Positions 39,104-50,165 of a stretch of DNA of 64,000 nt are shown piece by piece. The notes under the pieces were generated by a model, which saw only the letters and a list, made by a program, of their open reading frames with translations, ran no database searches and had not been told where the DNA came from. The translations under genes were made by a program, and so were the position numbers. How positions within the stretch are numbered: position 1 is the stretch's first letter; the number at the start of each line of letters is the position of its first letter. This stretch comes from an uncultured delta proteobacterium (lineage in GTDB: Bacteria; Desulfobacterota; Desulfobacteria; Desulfobacterales; JAHEIW01): the NCBI GenBank assembly GCA_963706575.1, contig CAVPNL010000003.1:352001-416000 (forward strand), in the 5' to 3' direction.

Positions 39104-40108
39104 ATGAAAAAAATCCTCCTCATTTCAGCGGTCCTCATATTCATAAGCCTCTGTGGCCTAGCGGTTTTCATTCTTAGTCTGCGGCACTATGCCCAACAAC
39201 CGGCCGGCCAGGCGCCGGAAAAAGTGGTGATTATTATACCCGCCGGTCAGTCATTGAAAACCACTAGCGAAGCCCTTTTCAAAAATGGGATCATCATAAG
39301 CCCTTTTAAATTCAACTTGGTTGCCCGCCTGAAGGGATATGACAAACGCCTTAAAGCCGGAGAGTATGCGTTGTCGGCCAGCATGGCCCCAATCCAGATA
39401 ATGCAAAAACTGGTGAAAGGAGAGGTCGAGCTCTATAAGCTTACCGTTCCGGAAGGCTATAATATCTACCAGATTGCCGACCTCATAGCCCAGGCTGGAT
39501 TTGCGCAGAATTCCAGTTTTATAGAGACCGCAAGTGATGCCGATCTGGCTCGCAAAAACAGCATAAACGCCAAAACTTTTGAGGGCTACCTGTTTCCGGA
39601 AACTTACTATTTCCCCAAAAACGTGAGCAGCGAAACGATCATATCAACCATGGTCAAACGCTTCTGGACGGTTTTTAATTCGGCCTGGAAAGAGCGGGCA
39701 GATCAGCTCGGGTTCTCGATTCATCAGATCGTCACCCTGGCATCGATCATCGAAAAGGAAACCGGGGCTGCTTTTGAGCGCCCCGTGATTTCTTCGGTAT
39801 TCCATAATCGCTTAAAAAAGAAGATGCGCCTGGAATCTGATCCAACGGTAATCTACGGGTTAAAGAATTTTGACGGCAATTTAAAACGCGCACATCTTGA
39901 AACTCCAACACCCTATAATACTTACAAAATCAAGGGGCTGCCCGTCGGCCCCATCGCCAATCCGGGAACAAAATCTCTGGAAGCTGCCCTCTATCCAGCT
40001 GACACGAAATTCATTTATTTTGTATCCAAAAAAAACAAAACCCATCAGTTCTCAACCAACTTAAAAGACCACAATCAAGCGGTTCGAAAATACCAGCTCC
40101 GCCGCTAG
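39104..40108 (+). CDS. mltG: Endolytic transglycosylase MltG
   Basis: N-terminal TM helix, KAGEY, TVPEG, EGYLFPETY, LASIIEKE, SDPT, GPIANPG. Start set at MKKILL (ORF track opens at 38999). Confidence 0.95.
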   Translation: MKKILLISAVLIFISLCGLAVFILSLRHYAQQPAGQAPEKVVIIIPAGQSLKTTSEALFKNGIIISPFKFNLVARLKGYDKRLKAGEYALSASMAPIQIMQKLVKGEVELYKLTVPEGYNIYQIADLIAQAGFAQNSSFIETASDADLARKNSINAKTFEGYLFPETYYFPKNVSSETIISTMVKRFWTVFNSAWKERADQLGFSIHQIVTLASIIEKETGAAFERPVISSVFHNRLKKKMRLESDPTVIYGLKNFDGNLKRAHLETPTPYNTYKIKGLPVGPIANPGTKSLEAALYPADTKFIYFVSKKNKTHQFSTNLKDHNQAVRKYQLRR

Positions 40109-40251
40109 GGTTGTGTACCGCAGATAAGTACTGAGTGCTGAACATTGAAAATGGATCGTCTTGACAGAGCAGTTGTCGGAATTTAGCTTAAAGCAGGCAT
40201 AATTTAAAAGAAAACTTTGCGATAAAGCAGATACGAAATAAGGAGGACATT

Positions 40252-40488
40252 ATGGCACGTTCTGATAAAAATCGATTAAAAACCATCATCGATCTTGAAA
40301 AACTGAATCGCTTTAATGATGAGGGATGCCCGGCCTGCAAGCGCAAGTTCACATTGGGTGAACCGGTTGTCCTGGCATGCGGCGCCTGGGAAGGCGAGCC
40401 AAAGTATATCCATGAAAATGAAGCCGTGTTTGATGAAGCCACAGCCACTTACTTCGAGCGCCGCTGTTATGAATCCCGCAAGGGATAG
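40252..40488 (+). CDS. Small hypothetical Cys/His protein
   Basis: Strong RBS AAGGAGG; CPAC..C..H..C motif. Confidence 0.75.
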   Translation: MARSDKNRLKTIIDLEKLNRFNDEGCPACKRKFTLGEPVVLACGAWEGEPKYIHENEAVFDEATATYFERRCYESRKG

Positions 40489-40646
40489 GGAACCGATCTG
40501 GAATGTCATCCTGCCGCTTAAGTTTTTATCCCAAATAGCCGATATATACCTGGTATCTCTTTTGATTGGGTCTTGGGGCTTCATAACCGGTCACTAAGAA
40601 TCTGAATGGGCCCCAATCATCCTGAAAATAAAATGATAACAGGGAG

Positions 40647-42668
40647 ATGTATCCCAAAAGGCAGGCAATGAATAATAAAAGGCGTCATGTCAACCTCGAT
40701 AGTATCGGCCTGATCATTATTGGTGGCGGAGTTTCGTTTTTCTATTATTATTTTGAAAAGACGATTTTGGCCAGCCCCAATCTGACCATATTTATTACCG
40801 TCGGGATCATTTTACTCATTAGTTTTTTTACACAATTGTTGATCAACAATATCAATCGATCCAAAGAAGCGCTGCGCGTAGCCAACGAAACCCTCGAGGA
40901 AAAGGTCAGGGAGCGCACCGCCGAGCTTCGTGAATCCGAAATGAAATATCGCACGATTTTTGAAAATACTGGTGCGGCAACGGTTATTATAGAAAAAGAT
41001 ATGACCATTTCCCTGGCAAATTCGGAGTTCGCTCATATCTCCGGTTTCGAAAAAAATGAAATTGAAAATATCAAATCCTGGCTGAATTTTATCGATGAGA
41101 AAACCCAACGCAGAATACGCAATGGAGAGATCATTAAGAAACATCTGGAATTCGACCAGATCCCTCCCAATTTCGAATGCAAATTCATCGATAAAGACGA
41201 CGCCCAAAAAGATATGCTGTGTTCCCTGGCCGCAATCCCCGGTTCCGATAAAAGCGTGGTGTCCCTGGCCGATATCACTGAGCTTAAAGAAGCTGAGCGT
41301 CAGATTTATCACCAGGCGTTCCACGATACCCTCACCGGTCTGCCGAATCGCGCCCTGTTTATGGAGCACTTAAACATGGCCGTAAAGCGCGCCAAACGCC
41401 GTGATGTTTACCGCTTTGCGGTTCTTTATCTGGATATCGACCGTTTCAAGCTGGTGAATGACAGCCTGGGTCATAGCGTCGGCGACCGTCTCATCGGCGC
41501 CTTTGCCAACCGTATACAGGAATCCCTCAGGGATATCGACACGCTGGGACGCTTTGGGGGGGATGAATTTGTCATCCTGCTTGAAGATATCGAAAATAGT
41601 GAATATGCCAGCGGTGTGGCTGACCGGCTGCAGCAGGAACTGAAACGCCCTTTCATGATAGAAGGCAAAGAGGTCTTTGCACCGGCCAGCTTCGGTGTGG
41701 TATTAAATACCAGAGACTATGAGGAGGCCGAGGATATCATCCGGGATGCCGACGCCGCCATGTATCACGCCAAAGAAAACGGCAAGGCCCAATATAAAAT
41801 TTTCGATAAAACCCTTCACAAAAAAGCGTTGCACTTGTTGGAAAGAGAAACCGATTTACGCAAAGCAATCCAACGGGATGAATTTGAAAACCATTATCAG
41901 CCCATAGTCGATTTGCAGACCGCCTCCCTGGTCGGTTTTGAGGCGCTGATACGCTGGAACCACCCCCAGCTGGGTCTTATTTATCCGGGCTCCTTTATTT
42001 CGATTGCCGAAGAAACCGGGCTTATCGTCCCCATGACCCAGCTGATTGCCCAACGGGCCTGTGGCGATCTATGTCAATGGCAGGATCAGCTCCAGAATAA
42101 ACTCAAACTCACAATGAACATCAATTTATCCAGCAAGCATTTTCTATCCCCCACCCTGCTGGAGGATATCAAAGAGATTCTTCGTAAAACCGGTATGCCG
42201 TCCGAGCAGCTCAAATTGGAAATCACCGAAACAGCCCTCATGGAAGATGCGGATGAAACCATTCGGCTGGTTCATCGTTTAAAAGATCTGGGTTTAAAGC
42301 TGGTAATCGACGACTTTGGGACCGGCTATTCATCTTTGAGTTATCTGCAACGCCTGCCTATTGACACCCTCAAGGTCGATCGCAGTTTTGTCTCAAGAAT
42401 ATCATCGGAGCCGGATGGTAACCGCAATATTGTCGAAGCGATTATTTCACTGGCCCATCGTCTGGAAATGATCGTGGTGGCCGAAGGGGTGGAAACCGAA
42501 GAGCAGTTTGCCATACTTCGGGAAATGAATTGCCAGTTTGGCCAGGGCTATCTGTTTTCAAAACCACTGAGCAAACCTAAAGCCGATCAACTTATTGAAA
42601 ACATTATCAAACTGTCTAAAGAAAACCCGGCCGCCAACTTCTCTTTGCCGGCGATGCTGTCGAACTAG
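40647..42668 (+). CDS. Membrane PAS-GGDEF-EAL diguanylate cyclase/phosphodiesterase
   Basis: Two TM helices, PAS domain, HDTLTGLPNR, RFGGDEF, FEALIRW, DDFGTGYSS, AEGVE. Confidence 0.96.
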   Translation: MYPKRQAMNNKRRHVNLDSIGLIIIGGGVSFFYYYFEKTILASPNLTIFITVGIILLISFFTQLLINNINRSKEALRVANETLEEKVRERTAELRESEMKYRTIFENTGAATVIIEKDMTISLANSEFAHISGFEKNEIENIKSWLNFIDEKTQRRIRNGEIIKKHLEFDQIPPNFECKFIDKDDAQKDMLCSLAAIPGSDKSVVSLADITELKEAERQIYHQAFHDTLTGLPNRALFMEHLNMAVKRAKRRDVYRFAVLYLDIDRFKLVNDSLGHSVGDRLIGAFANRIQESLRDIDTLGRFGGDEFVILLEDIENSEYASGVADRLQQELKRPFMIEGKEVFAPASFGVVLNTRDYEEAEDIIRDADAAMYHAKENGKAQYKIFDKTLHKKALHLLERETDLRKAIQRDEFENHYQPIVDLQTASLVGFEALIRWNHPQLGLIYPGSFISIAEETGLIVPMTQLIAQRACGDLCQWQDQLQNKLKLTMNINLSSKHFLSPTLLEDIKEILRKTGMPSEQLKLEITETALMEDADETIRLVHRLKDLGLKLVIDDFGTGYSSLSYLQRLPIDTLKVDRSFVSRISSEPDGNRNIVEAIISLAHRLEMIVVAEGVETEEQFAILREMNCQFGQGYLFSKPLSKPKADQLIENIIKLSKENPAANFSLPAMLSN

Positions 42669-42755
42669 TCCCATCTCTTATCCTCTCGGCTCAGCTGTGT
42701 TATAATCGAAGCAACGGTTGACGATCATTACCAGTTGGCGTAATGGAGTAAATAC

Positions 42756-42838
42756 GATTGCGGATTTTTGATTGCGGATTGCAGATTGAGAAATAATTCG
42801 GGCTTTATCTATTAATCAATCCGAAATCCGCATTCCGA
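42756..42838. repeat. Inverted pair of 7-bp periodic arrays
   Basis: GATTGCG GATTTTT GATTGCG GATTGCA GATTG faces AATC AATCCGA AATCCGC ATTCCGA. Confidence 0.8.
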
Positions 42839-42907
42839 TATCTTCTTTGCTCCATTGCTCCAAGCATATATTAGTTTCTCCATAAACTTGAAACGAAGAA
42901 CATTCTC

Positions 42908-43912
42908 ATGAATCCCGAAACTCTATCGATAGAACAGCTCGCCGGCCAACGTCTGATGGTTGGTTTTGAAGGAAAGCAGTTTAATGCGCATTTAAAATTT
43001 CTCATCCGGGATCTCAAGATTGGCGGAATTATCCTTTTTTCACAAAATGTCGAAACGCCTGATCAGGTCAAAAACCTGTGCGGTGCGGTGCAGCAATATG
43101 CGCGGTTGAAAGGGCAACCGCCCTTAATGATTGCCATTGATCAGGAGGGCGGCCAAGTCGCAAGACTGAAAGAACCGTTTACGCAGTTTCCGGGAAATTC
43201 TGTTATGACGGACGTTGCCGATGCCGTTTATTTTGCCCAAACGACAGCGAACGAATTAGCTCAGGCGGGAATTAACATGAATCTGGCCCCTGTCATGGAT
43301 GTCGCTCCTGAAGAAATCACCAGCATTATGTCCGCCAGGTCATTTGGCCAGGATCCCTTTTGGGTTTCCAAACTAGGCCTGACGGTAATTTCGCATCTCC
43401 AGCAAAACAAGATCATGGCCGTGGCCAAACACTTTCCCGGCATTGGCCGAACCGTCGCCGATTCCCACCTTGATCTCCCGTCTTGCGAGTGCGATCTGAC
43501 TGAATTGGAGTCCTGTGATCTGATACCCTTTGCAGATAGTATCGAGCAGGAAGTCGCCGGCATTATGCTGTCCCATGTGATCTATAAAAAAATTGATCCC
43601 CGATGGCCGGCCAGTTTATCACAACGCATTGCTCTGAAACTTTTGCGGAAGCGTATGCGGTTTTCGGGAATTTCGATGACCGATGACCTGGACATGGGAG
43701 CTATTAACAAACATTATGATATTAAAACAGCCATCCGCCAAATCCTTCAGGCCGACATTGATATGACCTTGATCTGCCACCAAGGCCCCAATATCGAAAT
43801 CGCCTTTAAAGAGATTCTAAAGCATCTGGGAAGCTCTCCTGAAATCAAAGCAATGGGCATCGAATCGGTGAAGAGAATTATGATGCTAAAAAAGAAGTAT
43901 TTAGGTGCTTAA
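42908..43912 (+). CDS. nagZ: Beta-N-acetylhexosaminidase (GH3)
   Basis: IDQEGGQVARL, KHFPGIG..DSH, TDDLDMGA. Confidence 0.95.
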   Translation: MNPETLSIEQLAGQRLMVGFEGKQFNAHLKFLIRDLKIGGIILFSQNVETPDQVKNLCGAVQQYARLKGQPPLMIAIDQEGGQVARLKEPFTQFPGNSVMTDVADAVYFAQTTANELAQAGINMNLAPVMDVAPEEITSIMSARSFGQDPFWVSKLGLTVISHLQQNKIMAVAKHFPGIGRTVADSHLDLPSCECDLTELESCDLIPFADSIEQEVAGIMLSHVIYKKIDPRWPASLSQRIALKLLRKRMRFSGISMTDDLDMGAINKHYDIKTAIRQILQADIDMTLICHQGPNIEIAFKEILKHLGSSPEIKAMGIESVKRIMMLKKKYLGA

Positions 43913-43948
43913 TGATGGGCTTTTGTTCATTTTGCGGTAATATTTTCT

Positions 43949-44031
43949 ACCACGAAGAACACGAAGTTGAAAAGGCGTTATTATAGTTTTCTTTGAATCT
44001 CATAGCTTGTGTTCTTCGTGATCTTCGTGGT
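43949..44031. repeat. Inverted pair of 9-bp periodic arrays between convergent genes
   Basis: ACCACGAAGAACACGAAG (43949-43966) versus CTTCGTGATCTTCGTGGT (44014-44031); 17/18 complementary. Confidence 0.85.
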
Positions 44032-44064
44032 TTTCCAATTTTTGGTTACAGTAGCCCTGCTGGA

Positions 44065-45063
44065 TCAAGCCTTCGTCCTGGAAAAAACATCGTCATTCAA
44101 ACTCCCCCGCACGCCGGCATTTAGGTAGTGGAAGCCCGCCGCCGCGATCATGGCCGCATTGTCACCGCACAGCTGGACGGAAGGGATGTGGGCTTTCAGG
44201 CCCCGGGCTTGGGCGTCACACTGGACTTTGTACCTTAAGCCGCTATTGGCGGCTACCCCGCCAACAACAGCGATATGCTCACATCCCTTCTTTAATGCTG
44301 CGTTGATTAATTTATAGACCAGCACCTCAACCACGGCCGCCTGGAATCCGGCCGCAATATCTGCCATTCGGGTTTTATAATCGGATTGATGCTTGCCGAC
44401 ATAATGGCTAACCGCAGTTTTGATCCCGCTAAAACTAAAATCAAAGTCGGATTTATTCAGATACGGACGGGTAAAGGCAATTTTATCGGGGTTCCCTTTT
44501 TTTGAAAGCCTATCAATAACCTCGCCGCCTGGATATCCCAGGCCGAGCAATTTTGCGACCTTATCAAAGGCTTCCCCGACGGCATCATCGCGAGTCTGGC
44601 CCATCAGTTCAATTGCCGTGTGGGAAGTTACATAATAAATAGCGGTGTGCCCTCCGGATACCAGTAAGGCGACAAAGGGAAATGGCGGTGCTTCCGGCTC
44701 CAGAAACACCGAATTGATATGACCTTCCAGATGATTCACCCCGACCAGCGGGACGCCCAGGGCATAGGCGTAAGATTTGGCAAATGAAAACCCCACCAAT
44801 AATGCCCCGACCAGACCGGGCCCGCGGGTTGCAGCAATGGCATCTAACTGATTGGTTTTTATCCCGGAATCGCTGGTAGCCTCTTCTACTACCGGGACAA
44901 TGGCTTCAATGTGCTTTCGCGAAGCCAACTCAGGAACGACACCGCCGTAACGATGATGGACTTCGATTTGAGAAAAAACCTTAGAAGACAGAACAGCGGT
45001 TCCATCCTGAACGACGGCCGCCGCGGTTTCATCACAAGATGTTTCAATACCTAAAATATACAA
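44065..45063 (-). CDS. tsaD: tRNA N6-threonylcarbamoyltransferase TsaD
   Basis: GIETSCDETA, GGVVPELASR, HLEGH, SGGHT, FSFSGIKT, DNAAMI. Confidence 0.98.
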   Translation of the reverse strand: MYILGIETSCDETAAAVVQDGTAVLSSKVFSQIEVHHRYGGVVPELASRKHIEAIVPVVEEATSDSGIKTNQLDAIAATRGPGLVGALLVGFSFAKSYAYALGVPLVGVNHLEGHINSVFLEPEAPPFPFVALLVSGGHTAIYYVTSHTAIELMGQTRDDAVGEAFDKVAKLLGLGYPGGEVIDRLSKKGNPDKIAFTRPYLNKSDFDFSFSGIKTAVSHYVGKHQSDYKTRMADIAAGFQAAVVEVLVYKLINAALKKGCEHIAVVGGVAANSGLRYKVQCDAQARGLKAHIPSVQLCGDNAAMIAAAGFHYLNAGVRGSLNDDVFSRTKA

Positions 45064-45243
45064 TCGTTTACTTTTTCTTTATTGATACTCTCCGAGCATC
45101 GGTCTTGCTACCGACTCAACCCTTGCATAAGGCGCCGGCCGTCTGCCCTTCAGCAATCCAATCAAAAAAACGGCTTATCTTTTTAATCAAATTCGCTCGA
45201 ATTGAGGAATTCGGGCTTTGTTCGCTTTTGTTTTTTACCATTG

Positions 45244-46287
45244 TTACTCCCAGACGAGGCGCTTGCCGGCTTCTCTACAATCCAGAATTTCACCGATAAG
45301 ATAGGCATGCTCGCCCATTGCGTCAATGCGCTGCATGACATCCAAGACGGCGTAATCGGGAACAACCAAAATCATTCCAATGCCCATGTTGAATGTGCGG
45401 GACATCTCTTTTGCGGATATGTTACCCGCCTGTTGCAGAAAAGAAAAAATGGGCGGAATATCCCAGCTTTCGTCACGAATTAGGATGCTGCAGGCCTGAG
45501 GTACGATTCTCACAATATTATCCGAAATACCACCGCCGGTAATATGCGCAATCCCATGAATCGGTAAATCTTTTAAAAGGCCACTGATGGCAGCAGCATA
45601 AATCTTGGTCGGTGACAGCAATTCTTCACCAATGGTTTTACCGAGTTCCGCTACGTGCTGATCGATTTTGAGGTTGAGCACTTCAAAACAAACTTTGCGG
45701 ACCAGGGAATAGCCGTTGCTGTGGAGGCCGCTGGATGCGATGCCGACAAGTTTATGCCCGACCCGTATTTCGGTTCCGTCGATAATCTTGCTGTTATCGA
45801 CAACGCCTACGGTGAATCCGGCCAAATCATATTCATTGGTCTGGTAGAATCCGGGCATCTCAGCGGTTTCACCACCTAACAGGGCGCATTGAGCCTGTTT
45901 GCAGCCCTGGGCAATTCCCTTGATGATATCCGTGGCACGTTGATTGTCGAGCTTTCCCATTGAAAGATAATCGAGAAAGAAAAGTGGCTTTGCGCCTTGG
46001 ACTATGATATCGTTGACGCACATTGCCACCAGATCTATGCCGACGGTATCGTGTTTATCCAGCATAAACGCAATCTTAAGCTTGGTCCCAACCCCATCGG
46101 TCGAACTGACCAAGACCGGTCTTTCCAGATTTGCAAGATTAAGCGAAAAAAGACCGCCAAATCCGCCGATATCGCTCATGACACCGGGGCGCGCGGTCTG
46201 TTTTGCAATCTCCCCGATGGCATCCACCAGCTTGTTGGCCTTGTCAATATCAACGCCGGCATCGGCATATGTGAAAGATTCCTTCAT
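45244..46287 (-). CDS. purM: Phosphoribosylformylglycinamidine cyclo-ligase
   Basis: YADAGVDI, GGFGGLF, TDGVGTK, GGETAEMP, HITGGG, TFNMG. Start set at ATG 46287 (CAGGAG RBS). Confidence 0.98.
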   Translation of the reverse strand: MKESFTYADAGVDIDKANKLVDAIGEIAKQTARPGVMSDIGGFGGLFSLNLANLERPVLVSSTDGVGTKLKIAFMLDKHDTVGIDLVAMCVNDIIVQGAKPLFFLDYLSMGKLDNQRATDIIKGIAQGCKQAQCALLGGETAEMPGFYQTNEYDLAGFTVGVVDNSKIIDGTEIRVGHKLVGIASSGLHSNGYSLVRKVCFEVLNLKIDQHVAELGKTIGEELLSPTKIYAAAISGLLKDLPIHGIAHITGGGISDNIVRIVPQACSILIRDESWDIPPIFSFLQQAGNISAKEMSRTFNMGIGMILVVPDYAVLDVMQRIDAMGEHAYLIGEILDCREAGKRLVWE

Positions 46288-46485
46288 AATGATCTCCTGA
46301 ATGTTGAGCTTATCGTATGAATTAAAATATGATGAAAACCCTTGAAAATTAATCTCATCCGGCATAAAAGTCAAAGAATTTTTGGAAGTCAAGTTCGATC
46401 TCGCAAATAAAGTTTTCTTTTTTAGGTTACGGCTGCATCAACAAGATGACCTTGCGTAATTGAAAGCATAAGTCAGGAGAAGGTT

Positions 46486-47652
46486 ATGTTTACGTTTGCC
46501 AGGCTGGATCGGCTGCCGCCTTATGTATTCGCAACGGTTAATGAAATCAAAATGGAAGCCCGGCGGTCGGGCAAAGACATTATCGACCTGGGAATGGGAA
46601 ATCCGGATCTGGGGACCCCACAACATATCGTCGATAAACTGGTTGAATCCGCCCAAAAGCCGCAGAATCATCGCTATTCGGCCTCAATGGGAATCACCAA
46701 ACTGCGGATGGCCATCGCCGACTGGTATCAACGCCGATTTGACGTTAGCATAGACCCGGACACTGAAGCCATCGCGACCATCGGCGTCAAGGAAGGAATG
46801 TCGCATTTGATTCTGGTTACGATTCGACCGGGGGACGTTGTATTTACGCCCAATCCGACCTATCCGATCCATCCATATTCGGCGATCATTGCCGGTGGGG
46901 ATGTCAGAGGAATCCCGCTGGGGCCGGAGGCCGATTTTTTTGAAAATCTGGTTTCGGCCACCAGGACCACATGGCCCCGGCCTAAGGTCCTTATCATCAG
47001 CTATCCGCATAACCCCACCACCGAGGTTGTGGATCTGGCTTTTTTTCAAAAAATCGTCGACTACGCCAGAGAACACAGCATTATGGTCATCCATGACTTC
47101 GCTTATGCCGACCTGGTATTCGACGACTACAAAGCCCCGAGTTTTCTACAGGCTGAAGGCGCCAAAGATGTCGGTGTAGAGTTTTTTTCTCTTTCAAAAA
47201 GCTACAGCATGCCGGGTTGGCGTGTGGGGTTTTGCGCAGGCAACGCCCAGATCATTGCCGCTTTGCGTCGCATAAAAAGCTACCTGGATTATGGAATTTT
47301 CCAGCCGATCCAGATTGCATCGATTATCGCACTAAACGGACCCTATGATTGCGTCGAGCAGATCCGTGATACATACCGGGAAAGACGGGATGCGCTCGTT
47401 AATGGATTGAACCGTATCGGATGGAATATTAAAAGCCCTAAAGGCACCATGTTCGTTTGGGGAAAGATTCCGGATAAGTTTATAAAAATGGGCTCGGTTG
47501 AATTTGCTAAATTTATGATAGCCGAGGCCGAGGTTGCCGTATCACCGGGTCTGGGTTTCGGAGAATACGGTGATGAACATGTTCGTTTCGCCTTGATTGA
47601 AAATCCCATGCGGATTAATCAGGCTATTCGGGGAATAAAGAAAATTATGTGA
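46486..47652 (+). CDS. alaC: Class I/II PLP aminotransferase (AlaC-like)
   Basis: [41 protein letters not shown]; lies upstream of hom. Confidence 0.8.
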   Translation: MFTFARLDRLPPYVFATVNEIKMEARRSGKDIIDLGMGNPDLGTPQHIVDKLVESAQKPQNHRYSASMGITKLRMAIADWYQRRFDVSIDPDTEAIATIGVKEGMSHLILVTIRPGDVVFTPNPTYPIHPYSAIIAGGDVRGIPLGPEADFFENLVSATRTTWPRPKVLIISYPHNPTTEVVDLAFFQKIVDYAREHSIMVIHDFAYADLVFDDYKAPSFLQAEGAKDVGVEFFSLSKSYSMPGWRVGFCAGNAQIIAALRRIKSYLDYGIFQPIQIASIIALNGPYDCVEQIRDTYRERRDALVNGLNRIGWNIKSPKGTMFVWGKIPDKFIKMGSVEFAKFMIAEAEVAVSPGLGFGEYGDEHVRFALIENPMRINQAIRGIKKIM

Positions 47653-47667
47653 TAAGGAGTGGTATAA

Positions 47668-48981
47668 ATGAAACAGATTAATGTAGGTTTACTCGGCTGC
47701 GGCACGGTGGGTACCGGCGTAGCAAAATTACTTATTGAGAGCCGACAGGTGATTGCTGCACGCCTGGGAACGACCTTGCATCTGAAACGGGTTGCCGATA
47801 TTGACATCGAAACAGATCGAGGTGTCCAGTTTGATGAAGGCGTACTGACGACCGATGCCAATGCGCTCGTAAATGATCCGGAAATCGACATCATTATCGA
47901 AATGATCGGCGGCGAAGGAATCGCCAAAGAGCTTATCTTAAAAGCCATCGACAACGGCAAGCAGGTGATAACGGCCAACAAGGCACTTTTGGCCAGCCAG
48001 GGCAACGCGCTGTTTAAAGCGGCTGCAGAAAAAGGTGTGGATCTGGCATTTGAGGCCGCTGTCGGCGGATGTATGCCGACGATCAAATCCATACGGGAAT
48101 CACTGGTCGCCAATCGTATCCAATCGATGACCGGCATATTGAACGGGACCTGTAACTATATTTTAACGAAAATTACCGACGAAAGAAGACCGTTCGGCGA
48201 TGCTTTAGCCGAAGCACAGGAAAAGGGCTATGCCGAAGCCGATCCTGCCCTGGATGTCGACGGAATCGATACCGCCCACAAGATAGCGATTTTAACGGCG
48301 CTGGCCTATGGAATGGAAATTAATTTAGCGGATGTGTATATCGAAGGCATCTCAGAGATTACGCCGCTGGATGTGGAGTTTGCCGAGCATTTCGGGTATC
48401 GGATCAAGCTGCTGGCCATTAGCAAAAGAAAGGGCGACAAAATAGAGGCACGGGTACACCCCACCATGATCCCGTTTGACAACCTTCTTTCTAATGTCAA
48501 CGGCACCGTCAATGCCCTTATGGTGTCCGGTGACGCAGTTGGCGATATCATGCTGTATGGGCGAGGTGCCGGTATGATGCCGACCGCCAGTGCGGTAATC
48601 AGCGACGCGGTGGACATTGCGCGCAACCTGATGGCAGGAACAACCCGCAGGGTCCCTGCCCTTTCTTTTCAAAGGGATCATGTCCAGGATATCAAAATTA
48701 TGCCGATGAATGAAATCGTCACGCATTATTATTTTCGATTCGCCGCACTCGACCGGCCCGGCGTGCTATCGAAAATTTCCGGTATCTTGGGCAGCCACGA
48801 TATCAGCATTCAATCGATGCAGCAGAAAGGCCGTAAAACGGACGGATCCGTGCCGGTTGTTATGGTGAGCCACCAGGCCAAGGAGGCCGATGTTCAGGAG
48901 GCCATAGCGGAAATCGATGATCTGGATGTCGTCGGTGAGAAGACAGTCCTGATTCGGATTGAAGATGAACAACTCGATTAA
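47668..48981 (+). CDS. hom: Homoserine dehydrogenase with C-terminal ACT domain
   Basis: GCGTVG, TANKA, FEAAVGG, GILNGT, GYAEADP, DRPGVL. Confidence 0.98.
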   Translation: MKQINVGLLGCGTVGTGVAKLLIESRQVIAARLGTTLHLKRVADIDIETDRGVQFDEGVLTTDANALVNDPEIDIIIEMIGGEGIAKELILKAIDNGKQVITANKALLASQGNALFKAAAEKGVDLAFEAAVGGCMPTIKSIRESLVANRIQSMTGILNGTCNYILTKITDERRPFGDALAEAQEKGYAEADPALDVDGIDTAHKIAILTALAYGMEINLADVYIEGISEITPLDVEFAEHFGYRIKLLAISKRKGDKIEARVHPTMIPFDNLLSNVNGTVNALMVSGDAVGDIMLYGRGAGMMPTASAVISDAVDIARNLMAGTTRRVPALSFQRDHVQDIKIMPMNEIVTHYYFRFAALDRPGVLSKISGILGSHDISIQSMQQKGRKTDGSVPVVMVSHQAKEADVQEAIAEIDDLDVVGEKTVLIRIEDEQLD

Positions 48982-49027
48982 ATAATTAGCTTTTTTAAAT
49001 GGAAACGACTTTAGGGGAAGAATAACT

Positions 49028-49633
49028 ATGTATATTATTTGCGCTGATATGGAAGGTATTTTTACGCCGGAAATATGGATTAACGTGGCTGAAATCACCG
49101 GCATTGATGAACTCAGGCTGACGACACGGGATATTTCCGATTATGATGTATTGATGAAAAAGCGTCTGGCCATTTTAGATGAGCATGGGCTGAAACTGCG
49201 GGATATCCAGGCGGTCATTTCTAAAATGCAGCCGCTTGACGGAGCCAGGGAATTCCTGGACTGGCTTCGATCTCAGCTTCAGGTCATTATCGTATCGGAC
49301 ACCTATGTGGAATTTGCAGGCCCCCTGCTTGAAAAACTTGGCCGGCCGACCCTGTTTTGCAACACGCTTTCGGTTGCGGCCGACGGGTCAATTTCCGGAT
49401 ATAACCTGCGCCAGAAAGATGGTAAAAGAAAGGTGGCCGCTGCACTTCAAAATTTGAAATATAAGGTCATTGCCGTCGGCGATTCCTATAACGACATCAC
49501 CATGCTCAAGACGGCCGAAAAGGCCATCCTGTTCCGCCCGCCCGAAAATGTTAGAGCTGAATTTCCGCAATTCCCGATAACGACGAACTACCGTGAAATG
49601 AAGCGAGAAATTCAAAAAATCATAAATCATTAA
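49028..49633 (+). CDS. thrH: Phosphoserine phosphatase / homoserine phosphotransferase
   Basis: DMEGIFTPEIW, LTTRD, GDSYND. Confidence 0.95.
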   Translation: MYIICADMEGIFTPEIWINVAEITGIDELRLTTRDISDYDVLMKKRLAILDEHGLKLRDIQAVISKMQPLDGAREFLDWLRSQLQVIIVSDTYVEFAGPLLEKLGRPTLFCNTLSVAADGSISGYNLRQKDGKRKVAAALQNLKYKVIAVGDSYNDITMLKTAEKAILFRPPENVRAEFPQFPITTNYREMKREIQKIINH

Positions 49634-49657
49634 GCTGGTTTGAATACGAGGGCGCAC

Positions 49658-50071
49658 ATGCCAACTCATAAAACCACCTGTCGTGTGATCTATGGCGACA
49701 CGGATAACATGGGGCAGGCTTATTACGGAAATTACTTTAGATGGTTCGAAATTGGTCGCACCGAATTGTTCCGATCGCTGGGCATTGCCTACGCAGCGGT
49801 TGAAAGCCGGGGCATATTTCTGCCGGTGGCAGAGGTCTATTGTAAATATTCGGTGCCGGCCAAGTATGATGATCTTTTGATGATTGAAACTTCACTGGAT
49901 ACCCGGCTGAAAGGCGCCATTAAGTTTGATTATCGCATATTCAGTGAAGACGGAAAAACCCTTCTGGCGCAGGGCCATACCAAACATGCCTGCCTGAATC
50001 GGGAGGGCAAGGTGGTCCGTCCGCCATCATTTATCAAAGAAGTCATCGAGAAAAATATCGAGAAATCTTAA
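49658..50071 (+). CDS. YbgC/FadM family acyl-CoA thioesterase
   Basis: RVIYGDTDNMG..YYGNY..WFE..R motif. Confidence 0.92.
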   Translation: MPTHKTTCRVIYGDTDNMGQAYYGNYFRWFEIGRTELFRSLGIAYAAVESRGIFLPVAEVYCKYSVPAKYDDLLMIETSLDTRLKGAIKFDYRIFSEDGKTLLAQGHTKHACLNREGKVVRPPSFIKEVIEKNIEKS

Positions 50072-50165
50072 AATATTATTAGAAGCGGCGTAAGGCAAGC
50101 GTTTCGATATCATCCTCGTATCCGGTGATCGCGGGTTAAATGACGATCGATATTAAAAAAATTGG

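Noticed and set aside
38999..46392. N-terminal extensions given by the ORF track for mltG (38999) and purM (46392)
   Set aside because: Family similarity starts at the downstream ATGs (39104 and 46287), and purM has an RBS there.
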